Source: Paraspadella gotoi (Eukaryota > Animalia > Chaetognatha). From it: a DNA stretch of 64,000 nt. The notes beneath the pieces are model-generated. The model did not search any database. It saw only the letters and a list, made by a program, of their open reading frames with translations, and was not told the origin of the DNA. A program made the position numbers and the translations under genes. Shown here piece by piece: positions 54,365 through 64,000 of this stretch. Numbering within the stretch: position 1 is the stretch's first letter; each line of letters begins with the position of its first letter. Location of the stretch: positions 16,982,087 to 17,046,086 of the forward strand of contig CM119266.1 of the NCBI GenBank assembly GCA_051294375.1, given 5' to 3'.

Positions 54365-54961
54365 ATGCACAACCCCTCCAGTGATCAATCAGGGGACGCC
54401 TACCCCGAGGACGATCGAGAATCGGTAACCTCCCAAGGTTCACGATGCTCGCGACTTAGCGCTATTCACAGTGGTATCCAACAGCTTCAACAAGACAACG
54501 AGCAAGATGAAATTGAAGTCGCGCACCTTTGCGCGCAAATTCAGGACAAAAAGGAAGTTGATACATTAATGGACGACTACACGAACGAACGAAAAAGACA
54601 AAATAGATTAGCCAAAAGAAAATTAGAATTGCAAGAACAGTTGTCGATTATAAAACAGCAAGATGAGAATGATATTGAAAAAAGGATGAATATCGTTCCG
54701 AACGTGACGCCTGAATTTCTCGAAATCGCGACGACTAACGAATTACAACACGTTTATATTTTGCAACAGCGAGAACACCGACGACGGCAATTGATAAAAC
54801 GAATCCGACATTTAGATCGAAAACTGAAGCGCGAGGAGAAAGACAGGAGCCAAAGATATTCGAGGTCGCGTCACGAGCGAGCTCGAAAAATTAGCGAGAG
54901 CGAATCGGTGATTTCAGATAAAGAGTCTCTGCAATCCGGGAATCCTTTGGAAGAACTTTAG
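54365..54961 (+). CDS. Hypothetical 198-aa charged coiled-coil protein
   Basis: Uninterrupted ORF with higher GC than flanks; ATG directly follows a TTTCCAG acceptor; no recognisable domain. Confidence 0.45.
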   Translation: MHNPSSDQSGDAYPEDDRESVTSQGSRCSRLSAIHSGIQQLQQDNEQDEIEVAHLCAQIQDKKEVDTLMDDYTNERKRQNRLAKRKLELQEQLSIIKQQDENDIEKRMNIVPNVTPEFLEIATTNELQHVYILQQREHRRRQLIKRIRHLDRKLKREEKDRSQRYSRSRHERARKISESESVISDKESLQSGNPLEEL

Positions 54962-55628
54962 AAGACATAACCAAGAAAGCGGAAACGACATTAAACATTT
55001 CAAAAAAAAATGCTTTCCTGCCATTCCATACTTTTTGTGGGCTAAAATTCGCTCCCCCTTTTTTTTTAACTTCCACTTTATTTTCTGTTCTCATTTTGTT
55101 TCTTAAACGACTTGTGGGTAGGTTCCTTTTTTTGTATTTGGAATGCGGCACGCGCGAGTTGGTTTCTGCCTTTGCTGAGTCTATATTTCTGCCTTCCAGG
55201 TTAGAAAAGTATTTTGGAACTACGATCATTTTTTTTTTTTTGCGTATTTGTTCCTCAATATTTTTTATGTTTTATATTTGTCTAATAGTCGTTATTGCTT
55301 AGAATAGAAGTTTTTTCCATGTACTTGAAAGTAAAATAACACGAACAACCGAGTCGAAAATGTAATTATAAAAACAGCCAGTTTATCTTTTCTTCTTTTT
55401 TTTTCTGCAGGATATATGCAAGGACAAGCAGCTATTGATGCTTGTCATTGTTTTAAACGTTTCCCTCTCGCTCATGTTCTACCAACTGTTATCGCCGTCT
55501 CCCTCAACATGACGCCCATTCTCCAAAACAACTTTGATCCTCGCTTAAAAAGTTATTTTTCAGTTTTAAAGCCTTCGGCCCATGACATAATAACAATCAA
55601 TGCGATTGAAACAAAACAAATCGGAAAT

Positions 55629-55659
55629 TGTAGCGGGCATTGCCCAGGTTCACCCCGCC
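55629..55659 (+). mobile_element. 5' fragment of the TRIM LTR family
   Basis: TGTAGCGGGCATTGCCCAGGTTCACCCCGCC versus LTR start TGTAGTCGGGCATTGCCTAGGTTCACCCCGCC. Confidence 0.8.
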
Positions 55660-56692
55660 ATTAGACCTTATTCTTTTTCTTAGATCCCTTCCTAAGGTCG
55701 TGTTCTTTTGTACTAGTCTCGGTTATCTGTTCGTTTCGAAACGTTTATTGGATAGATGTTTTTATACTTCTCGTACAAGTAATGAAGCCATGGTTAGAGT
55801 TTGGCCCCCCCAAAAAAAAAGAATTTAAATAAAGCAAAATGTAATTTCGACTTTCTTTTTCTTATTATAGCACCCTCTATATGTTGAATATCGACGAAAC
55901 TCTTTCATAGGTAGATGCGCTTTCTTTAATGGGCTTCCTTCCGTAAATCTCCCAAGATGAGATCGAATAGCTTAGTCTTAATTCTTATTCAATTTGAATT
56001 ATCCCGGAAGACAGGGATTTCGATGTTACAACAAATTGCATAAGAACAAATTACCTTTTTTTATGTTTAACCTATGAAAAAAAAAATAAATAAATGGTCA
56101 AAGTTTACAAATTCATCAAAGGCTCAAGAGGGAGAGTGATGGGAACTTAAGGTAAACAATTATCAAAGAGAGGTAAACAGTCGATCAGACTGTGGGCGAA
56201 AAGCAAAAGGACAAAAGGACAAAAACAAGATGAGAAAAGGCTGCTAATATCAGTTAAGAGAAAAACAACTGTTGTGGATAAAGAATGCTTAGAATCTGGC
56301 CCACAAACAAAAAAAAACAAAAAACTCCGATTGAAAATTTAAAAAAAAAAGATTTTCAGTTAAGCTTTTGTACTTCATTAAAAATTTGTGAAAAATTTAA
56401 TTGGAAAGGATCATTCTCATTTGCTGTTTTATATCCGAAAATAGTTGTCATGACAGTTCATAGCTACTCAATCTTTCGAATTTTTTTTATAAATGAGCAT
56501 GTGCCTTTAAATACTTAGATTGGCCTTATTTTGTAATATAGGAGTTTATCGATGAGGCGTAAACATTGGTACTACCAATAAGCTGCCTTCATAAATTACA
56601 ATGCAAATTAAGGCTCAAAGCGATAAATGTTACACTATTTATTCTTGCACTCGAATCTCTTGATAAATACCGTTTTTGATAAGATTTCGAAG

Positions 56693-56945
56693 AATAATCG
56701 GTCATCTTTTTCAAAAGCGCCCCATTTCATTATAGGTTTGCGTTAAAGATTAAAGTATTGGGTTAGAAAATTAATTTAAGGATCAGGATTTGGGATCAGT
56801 GATAGGGATTTGGGTTAAGGATTAGGTTAGAGATAAGGATTAAGGTTAAGCTTTAAATAAAAAAAATTAAATTAAATAATATAATTAGTTATTAAAGATC
56901 AGGAACAGAAATAGGGTGCTTTCGGTAAATAGAGCCGAGTAATCC
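56693..56945. mobile_element. MITE-like element with imperfect TIRs and telomere-like (TTAGGG-derived) interior
   Basis: Left end TAATCGGTCATCTTTTTCAAAAGCGCCCC; right end GGGTGCTTTCGGTAAATAGAGCCGAGTAAT (approximate reverse complement); interior GGGTTAAGGATTAGGTTAG. Confidence 0.55.
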
Positions 56946-58156
56946 TGTTTCCAAAAAAAATTGATTGGTGGTAATATTATTTGTTACATTTAAGTATTTT
57001 AAAAAAAATTGGGTTGTACTTTAGACATTAGGTGAAATAATTTTACTCAGGTTGATGAGTTAAAAATTCATATTTGTACTTATAATTATTGACTTTAATT
57101 TATATATGCTTTCATGCGAGCGTAAAATGTCAAAATCAAATTCAAATCATTCAAACCCACGCTTACTTTTTTATTTTAACCATAGCTTTCTTCCAGCACA
57201 TTGAAAAGAGTGTCCATGTTTAAAAGTTTATTCTGCCTATCTTAGTTTATTTAGATACATCCTTTGTTTACATGCCCTTAATTTTAGGAAAATAATTTTA
57301 CACAAAATAAGTTTTCCCTATCTGAGTCGAATTTTGTAAACAGTTATTGAATAATATATGTTTAATTGAAGTCTATTGCTTGTAAATAAACTTTCTTTCA
57401 TTTATCATGGAATCTCTCTCCTTGTTTTAGTTTAGTTTCAGTATCAATATCAGATTTATTAAGTAATTCACTATTACAAAAAATAAATGACTTCTGGAAA
57501 ATTTTACAACTTGTTTGATAGTCATTGCTGTACTTAATGTTGCTAGCTAACGTCTTTAATGCTAGCTAAACGCCTATTTTTCAAAACAGCAATACGGTAT
57601 ATGCAGAATATAAGTTTTTATCAGGCTAAGCATTATTGTTTTAAACACTCCTCATCCATCAGCAAATTTTCAGCTATCTTACTTTGGAAAAAAAATTACT
57701 GGAAATGTTAATACCTACATTTGAAAAAATGCTGTAAAACAGAAAAAAAATAATATATATTTTATCTAAAGTACTTTGAAAAGTTTTTATGAGATCGTAA
57801 TGAAACCAGTTTGACCAGTAAGAGCGAAAAAACCTCTTGCTGGCGAAGACGGGTCTTTGAAAACTGAAAACTCAACATCGGCGAGGGAAGGAAGGCCTGG
57901 ATGAGAATCGAGGGTGAGGTTCGGAGAGATACGGGCGTGGTTATCTAGAGATCCGCTCATATGAATTAAGAGTTAATGCACATTTAAAGGGAATTCGGGT
58001 CAAAACGATGATCTCCAGAATGTTATGTTACATACAGAACTTAGAATCAAATGAAAGTTTTTGATTTTGTTTATAGACAACGAAGAGAGAGAGAGAGAGA
58101 GAGAATTGAGAAATGGACAGTGACAAAATGAGGAAATTATTTCACAATTAAATTTT

Positions 58157-58184
58157 GCGCTGATGAAGGCCGAAACATGTACGT
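58157..58184 (+). ncRNA. Minimal type-I hammerhead ribozyme-like motif (Penelope-type)
   Basis: GCG-CTGATGA-AGGCC-GAAA-CATG-TA-CGT: intact core boxes, palindromic stem III (ACATGT), 3-bp stem I, followed by AATAAA. Stem II is reduced to GGCC. Confidence 0.45.
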
Positions 58185-59661
58185 TTTCTTTTGAAAATAA
58201 ATAAATTTCGTTTTCTGTAAAAAAAAACAAAAGACTTTCATTTGATCCTAAATTTTAAACGCAAAAAGATAAGTCCGGAATAAGGATACACAACGTAATC
58301 GTTCGGATATATACTACGATCTATAGTATTATTATTTTTTTTTAAATTCGTATCATTGCCGGGTTTACGCGTCCGATTTAAAATTGTTTTCCAAATCAAA
58401 TATCTCTACTTTGTACCTCATTCTCAAAACGCAACGAAAACAAAGGAAATCATACACGAATTGCATCTTGATTTTAACTTAAGATTTCGTTCGCAGGCAA
58501 GGACCTCAATTTTTTAGACGAGCCCGCTGATTCGCGAATGAAAACAAAATCTTTGTTCTAACTGGTAAGTGGGTTGGCTAGGTAACCCAATAACAACTAT
58601 TGGTAAATCTAACAAGTTTGAACTAACAACGTCGGATCTGCCCACCATAATTTAGCTCATCAGCTAATCAGATGAATCCTATAATATTGTTTTTTATTCA
58701 ACTCATCGTATATTAAAAAGAGAAAAAAAATTAATTGATTGTTCAGGTTATCAAATTATTGATTGATTCGTCAGTTAAGTGTTCAATTAATTGGTTGGTA
58801 TATTACTTAATCAATATTTAATAAAATATTTGATCCAAATTTTTGCTCATTGTTTTGTGTTGTTTGCAGTGTTCCATGGGTGCTGCAAACTGAATGGTCG
58901 ACGTGATTGATAATAATCAAACCGTGGTTGAATTGTTATAGGCGTACTGCATCACCATTCACCAACGCTATTGTAAATTGTAAATTAGTGTTAATTCTTA
59001 TTTCAAGGTATTCATGCTAGTTAGCTTTGTCCAGCCAAAATGAAATTATTATTTATATTTTTTTGTTTTATAGACATTGTGTTGAACTTTTTTTGCTGCG
59101 TTTTTAGATTTGAAAATATAAACAAAGTTTCTAATTCAGAAACAAATCTTTTTTATATTTAATAATTTAAAATTTTTTAAGTTGTTTTGTAGGACTGACC
59201 GTTCAAATATTGTTGCTGGATCGTAAGCCCGATAACCTCTAACCTTCCTTTTTAATCTATATTTAATTTTAAGACATGAAGGTATTGTCATTTAATGATT
59301 TAGAATGATATATGTCTAATCGCGGCACGCAAGACGAGCACTTACTTTATTTGGCAAACCTTGTCCAAACATAAACTTTCCTCTCAATCGGGGAAAAAGC
59401 AATTTTTTTTTATTTGACCTAATGAAAAATTACCGTTTTAACGTCCTTCAGGTTCAGTTATTCAAAGACCAGCATATGAAATTACGAAAACATTCTCAAC
59501 CAAAGCTTAGACTAAGTGTTATACGCATTACGCATCAAAACCTAAAAGTAAAAGTAAAAGTTTAAAATTTTCGAGTAAAACTCGTCAGACTGGTTTTGCA
59601 TTTATTACGGAGTTTTCTTGTTTGTGGAAGCCCGGAGTAGAGACCAAGTCTGGTTACATGC

Positions 59662-62600
59662 ATGCAGAAATGGAGATCGGAGAATAACTTAACTTTATGT
59701 AAACATAAAATAAATACCTTAATACGAAAACTTGGTATTGCCATGAGTTCTTCGATCATAAAACCTATGTTACTTCAAGAAACGTTTTGGCTATATTCGA
59801 CGAAAAGTTTGCATACCGTTACTTTCAATGAAAATGGGTTAAAGATTCAATGTATTAGGTAAGTCGGGTGTTAGAATCAAACAAGAACCGGTTACGTCAA
59901 TGTATTGCGCCGCAGTGACTTCTTGTGTAATTAACAATAAGTCATTTGGTTGCTTAAGCTACTAGTTTTTGAGGCAACTTAGTGACTAAAGTAAATAATG
60001 ATAACAAAAACTAATAATTACTACAAAAACGATGCAAAATAATGCAGTCAAATGTTTCAAACTTTTTTCAGCACGGGCGAAATAACCCACATCGACGTCG
60101 ACGACATAGTTGGCTGCCTTTGCGGCGAATCCTCGTTCGAGACTTTTCGACAGTCATCGGCGGCGTCGTTTACCGTCGCTGCGTACCCATTGGAAACGCG
60201 TTGCCGTCGAGCCAAGCGACGCCGTCGCCTCTTCGTCTTCCGGGTCGACAAGTTCGCCTGTTACGAGGATAACTCGGCTTTGGCACGCCGTTGGGAGCAA
60301 ACGGTATCGGCCTCTTTGACGGAAAATGGAACCTTCCCTCGAGCCCTGGTCATCGTCAATCCCTACGGAGGAACGGGAAAGGCGGACACGCTTTTTTCCG
60401 AAATGGCAGCGCCTATTCTCAACGACGCCGGCATCAAGTACGCGGTCGTGCGTACCGAGCGACGTCTTCATGCGAAGGAAATGGCGGCAAAACTGAATCT
60501 CAAGGACGTCGACGCTATCGTCGTCTGCTCCGGCGACGGGGTATTGCATGAGGTATTACATTGTGGAATTGAGTTCTCGAGAAAAAAGTTTGAGAGATGC
60601 TACGATGATAATTATAGGTGTACTGGAATAATTATTAAGTACCAAAAAAAAATAAGAGTCTTATGAGAAACTGTGAGAAAGAAAACAAAAATTAATATAT
60701 TCGAAAACCTACGCGCCGCTGTGCTGCAATGATGAGCAGCAGCAGCGAAAAAACGCGAGCTTTCGACTTTCTACAAGGAAAAAGTGAAAATATTGAATAA
60801 AAGAGCAAAAGCATTGTACACTTATGCAAAAGCCGAGTTCGCCTTTCTGGAAATCAAATTCTCGGTCGACACTGATGTGAAAAACAATGAATTTCTTTTT
60901 GGTCAACCTATTGATTGATGATCAGTGGCACAACTTCTTCAACTTGCCATTCGTGATGGAATCGACCGCGATCGTCTGATTCATGACTGCAAGTTTTGAG
61001 AGAATTACTTTTCTCAAAAATTGAGCAGATCTCAAAAATGATTTCTATTTTCTTTTAACACCTGATGACAACAAATTAAAATTTTGAAATGTATAATAAT
61101 TTAAATAATTTAAAGCATCTAAAGCAATTTTTTTTTCTTTTAGGTATTAAATGGTTTGGGATCGCGTCATGATGCTGAAGTTGCATTGAAAACTCCCATC
61201 GGAGTGTTACCAGGTTTGGATTTACTACTAAGATAACAATAGTCATGTGACTTGTCAGGTGACTACTTGAGACTAGAGAAGTAGAGAGAGGACATCTCAA
61301 ACTCTGGGGGCCCGAACTTCAGGAGGGGCCGGGTAAGGCCCAATGGACTAAAAAGTAAAAAACATAATACAAAATAAACGAAGGCTCAACAGAGCATAGC
61401 AGTTATAGGAAATATTTGGTGGCTTGATACTCCTGCGATGATATGTTGTTTTGGTTATAATAGTTTTAATTGATGCTTTTGATGTTATTTTGGCGACCAA
61501 TCAGCGTTCGCCGATTCAATTCTTGCGGGATTTGCTCGAGTCTTTGATCCATTCCTGATCCGTTCCTCGTTGGTTATGATTCCTGCGATGATGGTTATTA
61601 CATTTGTTAGGGTTGTTATGTTAATTTTTATGGGAGTAGTTATTGTAATTTTGGTCGTTGTGGTCCTTTTTGTGAATTTGTGGTCTTATTGTTGCTGCTT
61701 TTGTTGTTCTTGCTGTATTTGTAGTTTAGGTTTCAGCGATTGCAATGTTGTTGCAGCATACTTACACATTTCACATTCAAGCAGAAATCTTTTGTGTTAC
61801 TCTAGATTGTGAGAGAATAGAAAGAGAGAAGAGAAAGAACTCTCCTCGCAACGACTAAACAGAATGGTTATTTGGGGTCAATCAAGTTTTGTTCTAGTAT
61901 AAAAGTTAGAAAGAAAAAAAAATTAATAATATAAAATAAAAAAATTCTCCCTAAAATATACAGCGTGTACAATTACACAATAATGACAATTCCTCATCGG
62001 CGTTTCTATCTTTATCGGCCTTCAAGGTGGAACCAGCAACGCTCTTGCCTCTTGCCTTCTCGATCGCGACCAACATTCAGCTTCTTACGTTAATTCTCGC
62101 TCTTCCTCTACATCCGTCGATTCCTCGCACGACCCTTCGCCTTTCATGACTCGCTGCTCTCTACTCGCGGCAAGATGGAGGCCTTCTCCTCTGGACCTGA
62201 TGAGAGTTGAGACAGACGACGGGGAGGTTCGTTACTCCTTCCTGTCACTGACTTACGGACTCGTAGCCGACGTGGACATTGAGAGCGAAAGGTTTCGAAG
62301 ATGCGGACTATTCCGCAATACCCTAGGGGCCATCACCAGGATTTTGGGTTTGAGAACGTACAGGTGGGTAGATTATTTATTATTGATATTAATTACAGAG
62401 AGAGAGAGATAGATGTTTAGGGTATGAGACTTTTTCTCTCTGTGTCTTTATTTATTATTACTCTTATCCAGGATCAGCGACTGTCATATCAAATACATCA
62501 ATGATCTATTATCATTGCATCGAATAAAATTGCATCAATTAGTCGTTATTAATGATTCGTCAAATCCTTATGAAAGCAAGAATCTTTATCATCGCATCGA

Positions 62601-63416
62601 TTAATGATAATCATGATAATCATCCCATCATTGAATGAATAATCAATGAATGATTATCATCGCATACATGAATATTGAATAAGTATAAGCTTGTCACAAA
62701 TGCTTCCTTCCAGATGTCGCATATCATTTTCCCCGACGACGGACATGTCCGAGTCCACGACGTTAGTATCGTCTTTCACCAATGACGCTGGCACCTTGGA
62801 TACGACTTCGTCGCTTGTTCCCAATACCTCGTCAACGCTGCCACCGTTAAGCGAAATGCCACCCGCGGAATGGAAAGTTCTCGAGCTCGAAATCGTGGCT
62901 TTCTGTGCCGTCAACATCTCTCACCTCGCATCCGATGCGGTCATTTGCGCGCCAGCCTCTCCTAACGACGGTATCATCCATCTGGTCGTGATCAGAAAGG
63001 GGATTTCCAAGATGGATCTCATCGAAGTATTGGGCGCTATAGAAACGGCAGAAGGTTAGTAAAATTGTTAGTTATGAAATCAAACTTGGGCAAAGAATAT
63101 TTTTTTTAAGAAGCCGAAAGTCATTTTTACTTTAAGCATAAAAATATTAAAAAAATAAATTATACTTATATTAAATTATCTGTTAATCAAAGGAAATAAT
63201 TTTTTTTTTTTTAAACGGGAGTTAACCCTTTCTTCAGGCTATCATCGGCTTCTCCTAAATCCCTTTATTGATTTCTATTGCTGCTCTGCTGTACGGTTGG
63301 AGACTTTGACACCCGGAATTGTCGTCATCGATGGCGAGAAATTAGAGGGCTGCACCGCCATCCAGGCCGAGATCAAACCTGGCGCAGCCAGAGTTATGTC
63401 TTCAGCCAAGATTTAG
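59662..63416 (+). CDS. SPHK: Sphingosine kinase (DAG-kinase family)
   Basis: Exons ~59662/59743-59858, 60072-60552 (VIVNPYGGTGKA; SGDGVLHE), 61144-61213 (VLNGL...PIGVLP), 62027-62364 (GGTSNALA; LSLTYGLVADVDIESERFR), 62714-63054 (NDGIIHLVVIR) and 63238-63416 (IVVIDGEK). Start codon uncertain. Confidence 0.92.
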
Positions 63417-64000
63417 ATTTTCAAGAATTAATATCCTCGCAAATACGGCTTTTTAAGTTTTTAAATTAAGGTTTGATGAAGGAAGTAATATATTTTGAAT
63501 AATTTTTTTTCGTTATTTTACAAGAGAGACCTAAACTAATTACCATTCAGATAAAAAAGGTAACTTTACTTTTGTCCACTATGAAATTATACAAGCATTT
63601 ATGTTACAATACTGATGCATGCGATGATGTTAAAAGAAATAAAAAATTGAATTTAAAAGCATTTAATGGAAGTAAAAGTAGAAACGAATAAAGATGCGAT
63701 GAATAGGGAAAGAAGCGTAGAACTAAAAAACAAGCGACGTTTGCTAGTGGTAAACTATATAGTATATAGTATATACATAACTAGATAGGTTTAGCCAGGT
63801 AGCCGTAGTGAAATGATAGGTACTTTATTTTAAAAAGCGAATTTTTGCCAAAAAGGGAGGAAAAGCAAAGCCTTTTTTCTATATTGTTTTACTATGTGGC
63901 CTATCTATCGACTCTCAAGCTAAAGTCTTATATATATATATATTTCTAGTTTTAAATTATCGCTTAAGTTAGATGAATAAATAATTAAAACGCGAAAATG

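Overview
This is intron-rich eukaryotic (invertebrate animal) genomic DNA, with GC-rich exons, AT-rich introns and many (CT)n/(TTTC)n microsatellites. Genes from left to right: (1) ANKMY1 (+, MORN-ankyrin-MYND, ~614-19726). One of its introns, a GC-AG intron, holds an antisense two-exon 'mini-perlecan' gene (SP-SEA-LDLa-FN3-charged linker-LDLa-Ig). A 5.3-kb indel-ridden duplicate of this region follows a 25-N gap and is most likely an assembly artefact. (2) A head-to-head pair of paralogous secreted MACPF genes of the perivitellin-2 67-kDa type, one with three C-terminal Cys/Trp repeats and one lacking them. (3) An uncharacterised multi-exon gene (-). (4) Junctophilin (+). (5) An orphan coiled-coil ORF. 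(6) Sphingosine kinase (+). Non-coding highlights: an intact 691-bp TRIM whose LTRs carry a tRNA-like Pol III promoter (Helenus-like), a 43-bp perfect hairpin, Helentron-type HINE ends, minimal hammerhead-like motifs, and three GC-AG introns. All identifications come from reading the sequence by eye and recalling family motifs; no searches were run.
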